64,000 bases of DNA from Nitrosomonadaceae bacterium (GCA_014237605.1 JAAZZR010000001.1:8156-72155); one strand, 5' to 3'; counted from the first letter of the stretch, positions 18,935-30,198 are shown. Program-made: numbers and translations. Notes: generated by a model from the sequence alone, not told the origin.

Positions 18935-19882
18935 ATGGAAATTAAAAATGTCTGTATTATTGGTGGGAGTGGGTTTGTAGGACAGCATATTGCTCATCTA
19001 CTAGCTGCACGAGAAATTAAGGTGCGTATTCTGACTCGTCGCCGTGAATATGCTAAATCACTTTTGGTATTGCCAACTGTCGATGTGATAGAAACTAATA
19101 TTCATGATCCCAGAGAGCTTGGTCAATCGTTAGTTGGGGTAGATGCGGTTATTAATTTAGTTGGTATTTTGGATGGAGATTTTATCTCTACACATATTGA
19201 GTTACCCAGAAAAATTGTGGCGGCATGTGAGCAAAATGGGGTGTCTCGTTTACTACATATGAGTGCTTTACATGCTAGTACTAACGGTACAAGTGCTTAT
19301 CTGCGCTCTAAGGGTGAAGGTGAAAAAGTCATAATAGAGTCAAATTTGGAAACTACTATTTTTAGGCCATCTGTAATTTTTGGGCCAGGAGATTCTTTCC
19401 TCAATTTGTTTGCTAATCTAGTGAAGAGGTTACCTGTATTTCCACTGGGATCACCTAATGCAAAATTTCAACCAGTATTTATAGAAGATGTGGCGGAGGC
19501 AATTATAGCAAGCCTTTCTACTCCCGCAACTTTCGGTCAAAGCTACAATTTATGCGGGCCAAAAATTTACTCTCTAAGACAACTCGTAGAGTATGTGTCT
19601 ACTATAACTAGAAATAAACTTAGTATTATAGGATTGGGTGACCGGCTATCCTATTTACAAGCGATGTGCTTGGAATTCCTACCAGGTAAGCTTATGACGC
19701 GTGATAATTATCTTTCAATGAAGACAGACAGTATATGTGACTGTAATGATGAGAGTGATTTAATAAAAATATTTGGGATCTACCCTACAGAGCTGGAAGA
19801 AGTGGCGTCTCTATACTTGGCACATAATACGCCACGTGGCCGGTACACTGGTTTTCGTGACAGAGCGGGGCGAAAAAATTAA
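18935..19882 (+). CDS. NAD(P)H-binding SDR-like protein, complex I NDUFA9-subunit family
   Basis: Rossmann motif VCIIGGSGFVGQHI. 315 aa, atypical-SDR layout. Confidence 0.7.
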   Translation: MEIKNVCIIGGSGFVGQHIAHLLAAREIKVRILTRRREYAKSLLVLPTVDVIETNIHDPRELGQSLVGVDAVINLVGILDGDFISTHIELPRKIVAACEQNGVSRLLHMSALHASTNGTSAYLRSKGEGEKVIIESNLETTIFRPSVIFGPGDSFLNLFANLVKRLPVFPLGSPNAKFQPVFIEDVAEAIIASLSTPATFGQSYNLCGPKIYSLRQLVEYVSTITRNKLSIIGLGDRLSYLQAMCLEFLPGKLMTRDNYLSMKTDSICDCNDESDLIKIFGIYPTELEEVASLYLAHNTPRGRYTGFRDRAGRKN

Positions 19883-19889
19883 TTCCTCA

Positions 19890-21122
19890 TTGGAAACTTA
19901 TTTGGTTGGGGGCTCAGTACGTGATGAGCTGTTGCAGCTTCCTGCTAAAGATCATGACTATGTTGTCGTCGGGTCAACTCCAGAGGAGATGGAGAAACTT
20001 GGCTATCGTTCAGTAGGCAAAGATTTCCCAGTTTATCTTCATCCCAAAAGTCATGATGAATATGCGTTGGCAAGAACTGAACGTAAAATTTCGCGCGGTT
20101 ATAGAGGGTTTGAAATTTATACATCTTCTAAAGTTACGTTGGAGGAAGATTTGGCGAGAAGAGATCTCACCATAAATGCAATTGCAAAAGATAGATATGG
20201 GAAAATTATTGATCCGTTCAATGGTTTAGCAGATCTTAAAGAAGGCTTATTGCGACATGTATCTCCTGCATTTTCTGAGGACCCAGTTCGTGTATTACGG
20301 ACAGCACGTTTTTCTGCGAGGTTTGGTTTTCGTGTTGCGCCAGAGACTCTTTTATTGATGAGTGAAATGGTACGCAATGGTGAGGTTGATACTTTGGTGC
20401 CAGAAAGAGTCTGGCAGGAGATTTCTCGAGGGCTAATGGAGAATAAACCTTCTTGCTTATTCTCTGTACTACGAGACTGTGGTGCGTTGACACGAATCTT
20501 ACCAGAGATAGATGTATTATTCGGGGTCCCCCAACCAGAAAAATGGCACCCCGAAATTGATACGGGTGAACATATAATGCAGGTTATTGACTATGCTGCG
20601 TCAAAAAATTATTCTCTGCCAGTACGTTTCGCTGCTTTAACTCACGATCTTGGCAAAGGAGTTACACCTAGGAACTTATGGCCAAGCCATACTGGACATG
20701 AAAAAAACAGTGTGAAGTTAGTTAAAAGTCTGTGCGAACGTATCAGAGCACCTAAAAAAAGTCGTGACCTTTCGTTACTGGTGGCACGTTTTCATAGTAA
20801 TGTACATCGTATAGCAGAGTTAAATCCAACAACTATAGTAGATATGTTGTTAGCAGTAGATGCATATCGTAAGCCGGAACGTTTCGGGGAATTTATTCAC
20901 GCTTGTGAATGCGATTTTCATGGGCGATCTGGTTACGTTGATAAACTTTATCCGCAGGCGACATGGTTACGCGAAGCATTTAATGTATCCAATAAAATTG
21001 ATTGCGGTGCAATAGCGACTAGTCTTGCAAGTACTATTTCTGATCCTGCTTGTTTATCAAATTCAATTAATGCAAAAATTAGAGAGGCTCGTGTCGCTGA
21101 AATAAAAGATCATTTAACCTGA
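19890..21122 (+). CDS. cca: Multifunctional CCA-adding tRNA nucleotidyltransferase with HD phosphohydrolase domain
   Basis: Canonical N-terminus (M)ETYLVGGSVRDELL from TTG 19890, which lies 8 nt after the upstream stop. HD motif ALTHDLGK. The longer track ORF from 19773 overlaps the preceding gene and lacks homology logic. Confidence 0.9.
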   Translation: METYLVGGSVRDELLQLPAKDHDYVVVGSTPEEMEKLGYRSVGKDFPVYLHPKSHDEYALARTERKISRGYRGFEIYTSSKVTLEEDLARRDLTINAIAKDRYGKIIDPFNGLADLKEGLLRHVSPAFSEDPVRVLRTARFSARFGFRVAPETLLLMSEMVRNGEVDTLVPERVWQEISRGLMENKPSCLFSVLRDCGALTRILPEIDVLFGVPQPEKWHPEIDTGEHIMQVIDYAASKNYSLPVRFAALTHDLGKGVTPRNLWPSHTGHEKNSVKLVKSLCERIRAPKKSRDLSLLVARFHSNVHRIAELNPTTIVDMLLAVDAYRKPERFGEFIHACECDFHGRSGYVDKLYPQATWLREAFNVSNKIDCGAIATSLASTISDPACLSNSINAKIREARVAEIKDHLT

Positions 21123-21154
21123 TTTTTTATTTTTTAAAGGAAGGGGCCTGGTTT

Positions 21155-21646
21155 CTAATAGCTATTATCGTCATGATTATTTATGAGATTGTTTTTCTCA
21201 AAGTATTTCTGATGATATTCTTCCGCACGATAAAACTCTGTAGCAGGTAGTATTTCCGTTACGATAGGTTCGCATTTTTTTGGCTGTAATTTTATCTTAG
21301 AAGAGCGCGCTATAATCTTCTGCTCCTCCGTAAAATAAAATATTACTGAGCGGTATTGTGATCCTATATCCGGGCCTTGTTGATTGAGGGTGGTTGGGTT
21401 ATGACAACTCCAGAATGCATTCAGGATTCCATCATAAGTGATTTGCGAGGGATCATATTCTATCTGAACAACTTCAGCATGACCGGTTTCACCTGAGCAT
21501 ATATCATTATATGTAGGATTATTAGTAAGGCCGCCAGAGTAACCACATGTTGCTTCACTGACACCAGGAATTTTACGGAAAAAAGCTTCTACGGACCAGA
21601 AGCAACCCGCTCCAAAAAGTGCTTTTTCTTTAAGTGCCATTTTCAC
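21155..21646 (-). CDS. msrA: Peptide-methionine (S)-S-oxide reductase MsrA
   Basis: Active-site motif GAGCFWSVEAFF, then GHAEVVQIEYDP. Confidence 0.93.
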   Translation of the reverse strand: MKMALKEKALFGAGCFWSVEAFFRKIPGVSEATCGYSGGLTNNPTYNDICSGETGHAEVVQIEYDPSQITYDGILNAFWSCHNPTTLNQQGPDIGSQYRSVIFYFTEEQKIIARSSKIKLQPKKCEPIVTEILPATEFYRAEEYHQKYFEKNNLINNHDDNSY

Positions 21647-21674
21647 CTCGGAAGGTTAGTTGGAATAAGTTTAT

Positions 21675-22436
21675 TTATCCTCTAGGCTTGCGAGGCATAA
21701 TACTAAATAGACGGTCATAAACAAAATTAGGAAGTAACCTCAGAATATGTGCAACAATTCCCATTTGCCAGGGAATAACAGAGAATATTTTCTTGTGATT
21801 GATAATATGCACAATCTTTTTAGCGGCAGTTTCTGCTGTCATAATAAAAGGCATATGAAATGGATTATTGGCTGTCATTGGCGTAATAATGTAACCGGGA
21901 CAAATTGTTATTACGGAAACACCACTTTTAAACATTTCTACACGTAGACTTTCAAGATATGAATTTGCAGCAGCTTTAGATGCAGAATAAGCACTGCTTC
22001 CTGGAAGCCCGCGACAGCTTGCTACACTTGAGATCCCGACTAAATTACCTTTGCCCTGTGCTCTCATGACAGTAATAAATGGTTGAAAAGTATTTACTAT
22101 TCCAGTGACATTAGTTGCTAAGATAGAATCAAAAATTTTACTATCTTCAGCATACTCTGTGAGAGTGCCCTGACTAATCCCAGCATTGGCGATCACAATA
22201 TCAGGGCATCCGTAGCGTTTTATGAAATCACTTGCAGCAGATTGCATAGACTCTGCAACACGAACGTCAATATCATAAAAGACAGAAACAGTGTCAGGTA
22301 GTTCATTAATGAGAGACTCTAAAGAGGCTTTGTTTCTCGCTATCAGCCCAAGAATTGCACCTAGTGATGCATAGTGTTTAGCTAATGCCTTCCCTAGTCC
22401 ACTGGAGGCTCCGGTTATTATAATTTTTAAGGGCAT
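21675..22436 (-). CDS. Short-chain dehydrogenase/reductase (SDR) family oxidoreductase
   Basis: ITGASSGLGKALA cofactor motif and catalytic YSASKAA. Confidence 0.85.
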   Translation of the reverse strand: MPLKIIITGASSGLGKALAKHYASLGAILGLIARNKASLESLINELPDTVSVFYDIDVRVAESMQSAASDFIKRYGCPDIVIANAGISQGTLTEYAEDSKIFDSILATNVTGIVNTFQPFITVMRAQGKGNLVGISSVASCRGLPGSSAYSASKAAANSYLESLRVEMFKSGVSVITICPGYIITPMTANNPFHMPFIMTAETAAKKIVHIINHKKIFSVIPWQMGIVAHILRLLPNFVYDRLFSIMPRKPRG

Positions 22437-22477
22437 GGAAAGAGGTTCTGTAATTAATAAGCAAAATTAGTTATAGA

Positions 22478-23128
22478 TTATTTTTTTGTTCTTTCTTTTC
22501 GCACCTTATTGATTAATCGGTCTAATGTTCTGATTGTATCCTGTGGCGTACCACCCATTCTTCCGCTAATTAGGTATTTGCCGTCTACAACTAACGAAGG
22601 AACGCCCTTTAGACCATATTTTCTTGACATTTGAGAAGATTGAGAAGATTTATTTGCAACGGAAAAAGAGTTGTAAATATTTATAAATTTTTTCCGATTT
22701 ATCCCTTGTTTTTCAACCCAACCAAATAATATTTCTTCATTAGATAAATCAATTTTTTCTATATGAATAGCATCGTAAATTTTATCGTGTAAATTATTCT
22801 TCCGGCCTAAGATTTCTAATGTATAAAATGTTTTTGTAGCAGGGGTCCAGTTCTTACGAAAAACTGTTGGAATATATTTAAGGCTTACATCCTTAGGTAT
22901 TTTTTCCTCCCAAAGTTTGATTTGAGGATGGAGTTTGTAACAACTTGGACAGCCATACCAAAAGAATTCAAGAACTTCAATCTTGTCCCCGCTTGTAGTA
23001 GGTTGGGGGTTGAGTAGTAAAGCGTAGTCGCGGCCTTTAACAAGTTCAGCATGAGCGCCTGAGATAACAGTAAATCCGATGCCAAAAAACAAAAACAGGA
23101 TCGTAAAGAATTTTATAGTAGGGTTCAT
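22478..23128 (-). CDS. dsbA: Thiol:disulfide interchange protein, DsbA family
   Basis: Signal peptide and the redox motif FFWYGCPSCYKLHP. Confidence 0.85.
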   Translation of the reverse strand: MNPTIKFFTILFLFFGIGFTVISGAHAELVKGRDYALLLNPQPTTSGDKIEVLEFFWYGCPSCYKLHPQIKLWEEKIPKDVSLKYIPTVFRKNWTPATKTFYTLEILGRKNNLHDKIYDAIHIEKIDLSNEEILFGWVEKQGINRKKFINIYNSFSVANKSSQSSQMSRKYGLKGVPSLVVDGKYLISGRMGGTPQDTIRTLDRLINKVRKERTKK

Positions 23129-23156
23129 TTTTACCTTTGGAGAAGTTCTATAATTC

Positions 23157-23181
23157 TTATCCTGCTAACTCTTCAGGATAA
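23157..23181 (-). terminator. 8-bp hairpin between the SPOR gene and dsbA (possible terminator/attenuator)
   Basis: TTATCCTG-9 nt-CAGGATAA. No strong U-tract. Confidence 0.3.
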
Positions 23182-23187
23182 AATAGT

Positions 23188-23796
23188 TTACTGGGTTTTT
23201 GCATGTATTTTAATAAGATTTGCCTTAATACCACTCTGCAGTAGAGATGATCTCGTCTTTTTGATGGTGTCGATTTTTGTAAAGGGGCCTACTCGAACCC
23301 TGTGCCACATACCTTTTTCAGATAAATCTGCTGATTGAACGTATGCTTCCATGCCAAGCATGGCAATTTTTGCCTTAAGATTTTCTGCGTCCTCTGTATC
23401 TTTGAAGGATCCTACCTGAAGGTAATATTTATCCTTAAAGATCGGTTGTTCTGCGGCTTTCTGTAATTCTATTTCGGTGACCGGTTCTTCATTACCCGGC
23501 AGCATTTCGTAAAATTCAAATCGTGTTTTCTCATTTGGATCTTTGGCTTGGTCCTGGCTATTATCTAGTATTAACATTTCTTTTAAGGCTATATTTCCAT
23601 TTTTAGAAGGTTCTATTTTTGTGCTAACTTCAGGTTTCTCATTTTGAATGAATGGACTGGGTGCTTGATGAATATACATCCATACACCAATAGCACTAAC
23701 AAGACCAAGTACATAGCCTATGAATAATCCTAGAAAAAGATTGGAGCCTTTTTTTCTAGAATTAGATCTTGATGGGGATTTGTAGTCTCTACTCAT
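23188..23796 (-). CDS. SPOR domain-containing cell-division protein (DedD/FtsN-like)
   Basis: N-terminal TM segment and C-terminal SPOR-like YYLQVGSFKDTEDAENLKAKIAMLGMEAYV. Conserved position after argS. Confidence 0.75.
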   Translation of the reverse strand: MSRDYKSPSRSNSRKKGSNLFLGLFIGYVLGLVSAIGVWMYIHQAPSPFIQNEKPEVSTKIEPSKNGNIALKEMLILDNSQDQAKDPNEKTRFEFYEMLPGNEEPVTEIELQKAAEQPIFKDKYYLQVGSFKDTEDAENLKAKIAMLGMEAYVQSADLSEKGMWHRVRVGPFTKIDTIKKTRSSLLQSGIKANLIKIHAKTQ

Positions 23797-23819
23797 AAAT
23801 TTTTTGCAGATTTATATGC

Positions 23820-25577
23820 TTACATTTTATCAGGTGCACTTACACCTAGCAGAGTTAATCCATTAACAAGTACTTGCCGTATCGAAGAAATTAGTGCCAA
23901 TCGTGCAAGTCGGATCGGTATTTCCGGTACAAGAAATCGGGAAGAATTATAATAACTGTGGAACTCAGCTGCTAACTCCTTAAGATAGAATGCAACTAGA
24001 TGAGGAGAAAGGTCTCTTGCTGATCCCGCCACTATTTCAGGGTAATCGATCAGTTTCTGTAGTAGCGATAATTCCGCAGCACTAGAGAGCTGGCTTGTAT
24101 CTGCTGTGGTCAAAAGTGAAGGGTTCTCACCCCACTGCTCCATAACACTGCACACTCGTGCATGGGCATATTGTACATAATATACTGGGTTGTCATTATT
24201 TTGTGATTTCGCTAGGTCTAGATCAAAATCTAAGTGCTGATCACTTTTACGTAACAGGTAAAAGAATCGTGCGGCATCATTACCTACTTCCTTACGTAAT
24301 TCCCGTAAAGTTACAAATTCTCCGGAACGGGTAGACATGGGTACCTTCATACCCTCACGGTAAAGTACTGCAAATTGGACCAATGCTATTTCGAGTTTTG
24401 TTGGGTCAAGTGTTAATGCTTGCATTGCCGCTTTCATACGTGGAATATAGCCGTGATGATCGGCGCCCCACACATTAATTATTCGCTCAAAGCCACGCTG
24501 AAATTTATTCAAATGATAGGCAATATCGGAAGCAAAATATGTGAATTTCCCGTTCTCTCGTTGTACAACCCGATCTTTCTCATCACCAAAGTCTGTTGAG
24601 CGGAACCAGATAGCACCATCTTTCTGATATAAGAAATTATTTTGTTTAAGTAAGGCAATAACCTCAGATACTGCATCATTATCAAATAGAGACAGTTCTG
24701 AGAACCAGTTATCAAAAACTACTCCGAATTCCATTAAATCATTACGGCAGTCACTCAACTGCTCAGTTAATACGAAATTATGAATATATGCGTAGTCCTG
24801 CCCAAGGCTATTTTTAGCTTCTGATATTAATTGATCAAGTAGTATTTCAGCGGCGCCCTCTTCTTTTGTTTTCTCGCTAGTAACGGTCGACATATGTATC
24901 TCATGCTGCGGCACATAGTTGGACCCATGGGCCCTGTATATTAATTTTGCCATGTCACGAACGTATTCCCCTTGATAGCCATTACTTGGAAAGGGTACAT
25001 TTTGGCCATTCAATTCAAGGTAGCGCAACCAAACAGAAGTCGCCAGAATATCCATTTGCCTTCCTGCATCATTAACGTAGTACTCGCATGATACTGAGAA
25101 GCCTGCTGCAGTAAGTATGTTGGCAAGGCTTGCACCAAATGCTGCGCCACGCCCATGCCCAACATGTAATGGACCAGTAGGATTTGCTGAAACAAATTCC
25201 ACCTGAATTTTTTTATTGGAACCAAAGGCTCCGTAGCCAAATCTTTTTCCACTCTCCAGCACAATTCGTGGGAATTGTTGCTTAGAAGCCGTCTTTAGAA
25301 ATAGATTAATAAACCCAGCTCCCGCAATTTCAACCTTCTCAAGATGGGGTGAGGCAGGCATCGCATTTATTAATATTGTAGCAATATCACGTGGATTCTT
25401 ACGCAGCGGTTTTGCCAATTGCATTGCAAGATTGCAGGAGTAGTCTCCGTGATCAATTTGTTTTGGGCGAGAAAATTCGATATTAATATCTAAGTCTGCG
25501 GCTGATAGTGTGCGCAACGCGTGGCGTAGAAGATCTTCAAAATGAGACTTAAAGCTAGTATGGCTTGGTAGGGTCAT
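23820..25577 (-). CDS. argS: Arginine--tRNA ligase
   Basis: Class I HIGH-type SANPTGPLHVGHGRGA and MSTRSGEFVTL motifs. 585 aa. Confidence 0.95.
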   Translation of the reverse strand: MTLPSHTSFKSHFEDLLRHALRTLSAADLDINIEFSRPKQIDHGDYSCNLAMQLAKPLRKNPRDIATILINAMPASPHLEKVEIAGAGFINLFLKTASKQQFPRIVLESGKRFGYGAFGSNKKIQVEFVSANPTGPLHVGHGRGAAFGASLANILTAAGFSVSCEYYVNDAGRQMDILATSVWLRYLELNGQNVPFPSNGYQGEYVRDMAKLIYRAHGSNYVPQHEIHMSTVTSEKTKEEGAAEILLDQLISEAKNSLGQDYAYIHNFVLTEQLSDCRNDLMEFGVVFDNWFSELSLFDNDAVSEVIALLKQNNFLYQKDGAIWFRSTDFGDEKDRVVQRENGKFTYFASDIAYHLNKFQRGFERIINVWGADHHGYIPRMKAAMQALTLDPTKLEIALVQFAVLYREGMKVPMSTRSGEFVTLRELRKEVGNDAARFFYLLRKSDQHLDFDLDLAKSQNNDNPVYYVQYAHARVCSVMEQWGENPSLLTTADTSQLSSAAELSLLQKLIDYPEIVAGSARDLSPHLVAFYLKELAAEFHSYYNSSRFLVPEIPIRLARLALISSIRQVLVNGLTLLGVSAPDKM

Positions 25578-25649
25578 GAATTCATCAATAGTTTTTATGT
25601 AACCAGAAAATTATCATAGTATCAATGTAAATGGTCGGCACATGGTTTT

Positions 25650-26981
25650 TTAGAGTACGTACCGGGCCAAATCTTCTCTTTGAGACAAATCTTTGAGTCT
25701 TTTATCTACATAAGAAGAATCTATAGAGACAGTAGTTCCACTGTGCTTTGAAGCATCAAAGGAAATCTCTTCCAAAAGTTTTTCCATGACAGTGTGAAGC
25801 CTCCTTGCCCCAATATTTTCAGTTTTCTCATTAACTTCAAAAGCGATTTCGGCTAAACGCTGAATTGCTTCTGGAAGAAATTCCAATTTAATTTTTTCAG
25901 TCTTCATAAGCGCTTCATATTGACGCGTCAGGCAAGCGTCAGTGTTAGTAAGTATCTGTACAAAATCAGCAGTATTAAGGCTAGCTAGTTCGACACGTAT
26001 TGGAAACCGCCCCTGCAATTCAGGTATGAGGTCAGAAGGTTTGGAAAGATGGAAGGCCCCGCTGGCTATAAATAATATATGGTCAGTTTTGATCATGCCA
26101 TATTTGGTAGAAATAGTAGTCCCCTCGACTAGTGGCAATAGGTCACGTTGTACACCCTGACGAGAAACATCACTTCCTGACGTTTCAGAGCGGCTGGTTA
26201 TTTTGTCAACTTCATCTAGAAACACAATTCCATTCTGTTCAACTGTCTGTATTGCCTTTAACTTTAATTCTTCATCATTAATTAGTTTTGAAATTTCTTC
26301 TTCTGCAATAATTTTTTTTGCTTCTTGGATTCTTAGTTTTCGAGTTTTTTTTCTTTCTCCGCCTAAGTTTTGAAACATACCCTGGATTTGTGAGGTAAGG
26401 TCTTCCATTCCAGGTGGGGCAAATATTTCCGCCTGTGTTTGTGTAGTTGAAATTTCTATTTCTATTTCCTTTTCATTGAGCGTGCCCTCACGTAATTTCT
26501 TTCTAAACTTTTGACGGGTGGCGCTATCATTTTCTTCATTTTCTGTTTGTGAATTCAGATCCCGTGCAGGTGGTAGCAGCACGTCAAGAATTTGTTCTTC
26601 TGCATGGTCTTCAGCTCTTGGACGTATAATGTGGGCTTCCTGCTCACGTAATTGTTTGATAGCAGATTCTGCTAAATCCCGAATGATGGAATCAACATCA
26701 CGCCCAACATAACCCACTTCAGTAAACTTGGTTGCTTCAACTTTAATGAATGGAGCATTTGCTAGCTTGGCCAATCGGCGCGCTATTTCAGTTTTACCAA
26801 CGCCAGTAGGACCTATCATTAAAATATTCTTCGGGGTAATTTCCTGTCGTAGAGGGTCTGCTACCTGCTGCCTACGCCAACGATTTCTGAGTGCGATAGC
26901 AACAGCCTTTTTAGCAGAATTTTGACCAATAATATGTTTATCGAGTTCTTCTACAATTTCTTGTGGGGACATTTGGGACAT
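25650..26981 (-). CDS. hslU: ATP-dependent protease ATPase subunit HslU
   Basis: [24 protein letters not shown] and [11 protein letters not shown]. Confidence 0.97.
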   Translation of the reverse strand: MSQMSPQEIVEELDKHIIGQNSAKKAVAIALRNRWRRQQVADPLRQEITPKNILMIGPTGVGKTEIARRLAKLANAPFIKVEATKFTEVGYVGRDVDSIIRDLAESAIKQLREQEAHIIRPRAEDHAEEQILDVLLPPARDLNSQTENEENDSATRQKFRKKLREGTLNEKEIEIEISTTQTQAEIFAPPGMEDLTSQIQGMFQNLGGERKKTRKLRIQEAKKIIAEEEISKLINDEELKLKAIQTVEQNGIVFLDEVDKITSRSETSGSDVSRQGVQRDLLPLVEGTTISTKYGMIKTDHILFIASGAFHLSKPSDLIPELQGRFPIRVELASLNTADFVQILTNTDACLTRQYEALMKTEKIKLEFLPEAIQRLAEIAFEVNEKTENIGARRLHTVMEKLLEEISFDASKHSGTTVSIDSSYVDKRLKDLSQREDLARYVL

Positions 26982-27034
26982 AGGTTCAAGTATTTGTTAA
27001 TAAATGTAATAGATATTCTGTATCTGGGTCCAGA

Positions 27035-27556
27035 TTATTCTAAGACCTCAATATTATGGTTTTGATTAGTATAAATACACAAGTCTCCAGCGATAGAGAG
27101 GGATCTCTTGACAATTTCCAGGGCCTCCAGATCTGTATTCTCGAGTAGTGCTCGAGCGGCCGAATGAGCATAGCTACCCCCGCTGCCAATTGCAGCAAGT
27201 CCTAATTCAGGCTCAATTACATCACCTGCTCCTGTAATGATGAGAGTAGTTTCTTTGTCGGCCACGACAAGCATTGCTTCTAAGCGACGCAAAACACGGT
27301 CGGTACGCCAGTCTTTTGCCAGCTCTACTGCAGAACGCATAAGGTGACCGTGGTGCTTTTCTAGTTTACCTTCAAAGCGTTCAAATAATGTGAAGGCATC
27401 CGCAGTGCCACCAGCGAATCCCGCAAGAATTTTCTCATGATAGAGCCTGCGAATTTTTCTGGCACTGGCCTTGCCTACTACAGCGCCTAGGGTTACCTGG
27501 CCGTCACCGCCAAGCGCAACTTGTGAGCCTCGTCGTGCTGAGAGTATGGTTGTCAT
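27035..27556 (-). CDS. hslV: ATP-dependent protease subunit HslV
   Basis: [10 protein letters not shown] (Thr2 nucleophile) and GDGQVTLG. Confidence 0.97.
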   Translation of the reverse strand: MTTILSARRGSQVALGGDGQVTLGAVVGKASARKIRRLYHEKILAGFAGGTADAFTLFERFEGKLEKHHGHLMRSAVELAKDWRTDRVLRRLEAMLVVADKETTLIITGAGDVIEPELGLAAIGSGGSYAHSAARALLENTDLEALEIVKRSLSIAGDLCIYTNQNHNIEVLE

Positions 27557-27640
27557 GAAATTGGTCCGTTGAATGGGGTTGAGCTTGAGTAAACATTGAA
27601 TTATAGCGCCAATTTGCTGAGAAAAGTATTTCTGTCGGCT

Positions 27641-28540
27641 TTAGCCTTTTTTCTTTGCTCTTGGATGCGTAGCATCGTAGACCTTAGCTAGGTGTTGGAA
27701 ATCAAGATGGGTATAAATTTGTGTGGTACTGATATTTGCGTGTCCTAGCATTTCTTGTACAGCACGTAAATCCGCGCTAGATTGTAGCAAATGAGAGGCA
27801 AATGAATGTCTTAATACATGGGGATGTACATTCAGGCTGATACCTTGTTGCAATGCTCTCATTTTTAGGCGCTGACTAACTGACCGCGAACTGATGCATT
27901 TACCACTTCGCGAGAGAAACAGCGCATTCTCCCCGGATTTGAGTAATGCTGAACGCTGTTTCATCCATTCTCTTAGTGCCTGAAGCGCCTTGCTGCCAAT
28001 TGGAACGATACGAGTTTTATCGCCTTTTCCATGAATACGTATGGTACTTTCGGCAAAATTTAAATCCTCAGGTGTAAGGCTAATGAGTTCGGTTAAGCGT
28101 AGGCCAGAAGAATAGAACAATTCAAACATCGCTCTATCTCGCGATGTGATTAAATCATTAGCCTTAAATTCCAGGAGCTTGGCAGCTTCGTCAGGTGATA
28201 GAACATGGGGCAGAGGTTTTGTAGATTTTGGCGCACGTAAACCTGCACAAGGGTTATGAGTATAACCATGGTCACGCGCTAGGTAATTATAGAGGCCGCG
28301 CCATGCTGATAGCATTCTTGCCAGGCTTCTCCCAGAGAGCCCTTTACTATGAAGTTGAGCTACAAAGCGACGGATGTGATGAATTTTTAGTTGATACAGG
28401 GGGGTTTCTGCAGCGAGCTTTAGTAGGGCCGCCATGTCACGCGTATAACTTTCACAAGTTAGTGGCGATAATCGTCGTTCATTTGTAAGGTGAGAGATAT
28501 AGGCTTCGACCAGCGAGGTTGAATTATTACTAGATATCAT
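27641..28540 (-). CDS. xerC: Tyrosine recombinase XerC (chromosome dimer resolution)
   Basis: Catalytic motifs HPHVLRHSFASHLL and LGHANISTTQIYTHL. Canonical dapF-DUF484-xerC synteny. Confidence 0.9.
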   Translation of the reverse strand: MISSNNSTSLVEAYISHLTNERRLSPLTCESYTRDMAALLKLAAETPLYQLKIHHIRRFVAQLHSKGLSGRSLARMLSAWRGLYNYLARDHGYTHNPCAGLRAPKSTKPLPHVLSPDEAAKLLEFKANDLITSRDRAMFELFYSSGLRLTELISLTPEDLNFAESTIRIHGKGDKTRIVPIGSKALQALREWMKQRSALLKSGENALFLSRSGKCISSRSVSQRLKMRALQQGISLNVHPHVLRHSFASHLLQSSADLRAVQEMLGHANISTTQIYTHLDFQHLAKVYDATHPRAKKKG

Positions 28541-28548
28541 ATTTATCT

Positions 28549-29220
28549 TTATTTATTATATTTGGCTAGACAATATCGCGAAATAGCAGTGCTTATAAGA
28601 TCCCCCATCCGTTGTAAATAGAGTGTTCCCATTTCGGGGTAGAACCGTTGAGGTTCTTCACTTGCTAGGACCAAGAGGCCAATGGTCTGTTTAGTTTTCA
28701 GAGGGACTATTGAGAAAGAGCGCAAATTGGTAGCGCTCTCACCAAACCATTGCTTAATTTCATCGGTCAACTGAGGCCCACAGTATGGGTGAAGTAAGTT
28801 ATTGGCCATTGTATGAATTTCTGTATTGGCGCTAATGAATTTAGAAACCTCTAGATTGTCATAGTCTATATTCCATAAACGGAGTTCCACATGAGGTATT
28901 GAAAAATTATCCTGTAGAATCGAATTAAGCTCATTCAGTAAATCATTCAGATGAGAGAAGGCAAGAAGCATGATAGACAAATGATGCATTTTCTCGCCAA
29001 TAACATCATTTTCTTCGCCAAATTTAACCAATTCACGTAATTTATCCTGCAGAATTTGGTTGTTATCTCGCAAGGTGACAATTTGTCGTTGGCTGATGGG
29101 AATCGCCCTGCCGCCATGAGGATGTGGAACATAAATATCAGATAACATATCAGCATATTCATCAAAGAATTGTGGGTTTTGCTTAAGATATTGAGCCACG
29201 TCTTCTGAATCAAACTTCAT
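28549..29220 (-). CDS. DUF484 family protein (YigA-like)
   Basis: 223-aa ORF in the conserved slot between dapF and xerC. N-terminus VAQYLKQNPQFF is typical of the family. Confidence 0.8.
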   Translation of the reverse strand: MKFDSEDVAQYLKQNPQFFDEYADMLSDIYVPHPHGGRAIPISQRQIVTLRDNNQILQDKLRELVKFGEENDVIGEKMHHLSIMLLAFSHLNDLLNELNSILQDNFSIPHVELRLWNIDYDNLEVSKFISANTEIHTMANNLLHPYCGPQLTDEIKQWFGESATNLRSFSIVPLKTKQTIGLLVLASEEPQRFYPEMGTLYLQRMGDLISTAISRYCLAKYNK

Positions 29221-29239
29221 ATTCCCTCCTTAGTTAAAT

Positions 29240-30067
29240 TTATAGCTCAATTTCTCCATCAAATACAGAAATAGCGGGTCCTGTCATCCAGACTGGGTTA
29301 TTATCCCCTTCCCAACAAATACTTAAATTACCCCCAGTAGTGCTTACCGTAACTCTTGAATCTAGGAGTCCTCGAGTAATTCCTGCTACTACAGCAGCAC
29401 ATGCACCAGTGCCACAAGAAAGGGTTTCGCCAGCGCCTCGTTCGTACACTCTTAGATTAATATGTTCACGGCTTACTATCTGCATGTACCCCGCGTTTAC
29501 ATGTTTAGGGAAGCGTGAGTGGCTTTCTATTAAATTGCCTTCAGCTAATACTGGTGATTGATTGATATCTTTAACAATTTGTACCGCATGTGGATTTCCC
29601 ATAGAAAGAACACTAAACTCTATTTTTTTCTCATTGACCTCTAATAGATATGTGAGCATACGTTTATTGGCGATAAAGGGAATTTCTTTTGGCTCGAACT
29701 TAGGGGGGCCCATATTCACAGTCACCTCCCCATTAATTTCTAATTTAGGAAAAATGATTCCGCCAAGCGTTTCCACACTAATTTCTTTTTTTTGAATCAT
29801 TCCTTTGTCATAAACATAGCTTACTAGACAACGTGCGCCATTACCGCACTGCTCTACTTCGCCGCCATCAGAATTAAAAATACGATACCGGAAATCAGCA
29901 CCGCTTTCTGTCCTTTCTATTAACAGAATCTGATCACAGCCTATGCCAAGACGACGATTCGCAAGGTTACGCAATTGCTCCAGACTTAAACTTACAGATT
30001 GATTCACACAATCAATGAGGACAAAATCATTGCCTAAACCGTGCATTTTAGTGAATTTATATTTCAT
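29240..30067 (-). CDS. dapF: Diaminopimelate epimerase
   Basis: Catalytic Cys motifs [17 protein letters not shown] and [10 protein letters not shown]. Confidence 0.95.
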   Translation of the reverse strand: MKYKFTKMHGLGNDFVLIDCVNQSVSLSLEQLRNLANRRLGIGCDQILLIERTESGADFRYRIFNSDGGEVEQCGNGARCLVSYVYDKGMIQKKEISVETLGGIIFPKLEINGEVTVNMGPPKFEPKEIPFIANKRMLTYLLEVNEKKIEFSVLSMGNPHAVQIVKDINQSPVLAEGNLIESHSRFPKHVNAGYMQIVSREHINLRVYERGAGETLSCGTGACAAVVAGITRGLLDSRVTVSTTGGNLSICWEGDNNPVWMTGPAISVFDGEIEL

Positions 30068-30136
30068 TATTTAAGCTAAATATTTTTAGAGAAAGTATCA
30101 GCTGCCTTTTTGCAATTATAATAAGCATAACTAATC

Positions 30137-30145
30137 TGGTATAAT
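30137..30145 (+). promoter_or_regulatory. Extended -10 element TGGTATAAT upstream of metK (candidate promoter)
   Basis: TGnTATAAT match 54 nt upstream of the metK ATG. No good -35. Confidence 0.3.
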
Positions 30146-30198
30146 TTAGGGTGAATAAAAGATCATAACTAATTAAAATTTCATATAAGCGAAATAAC

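Noticed and set aside
27571-27578. CCCCATTC (minus strand) as the sigma32 -10 element for hslVU
   Set aside because: It lies only about 14 nt from the hslV ATG, which leaves no room for a normal leader and RBS. The -35 (TTCAAT) is poor. It cannot be supported without TSS data.
27641-28540. Tyrosine recombinase as a possible phage or integrative-element integrase
   Set aside because: The canonical dapF-DUF484-xerC-hslVU synteny, the XerC-type length and motifs, and the absence of a flanking tRNA, att repeats or cargo genes all indicate the chromosomal dimer-resolution enzyme.
30068-30198. SAM riboswitch upstream of metK
   Set aside because: I could not recognise any conserved SAM-I, SAM-II or SAM-V core elements or a convincing pseudoknot or hairpin. 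The spacer looks like a plain AT-rich promoter region.
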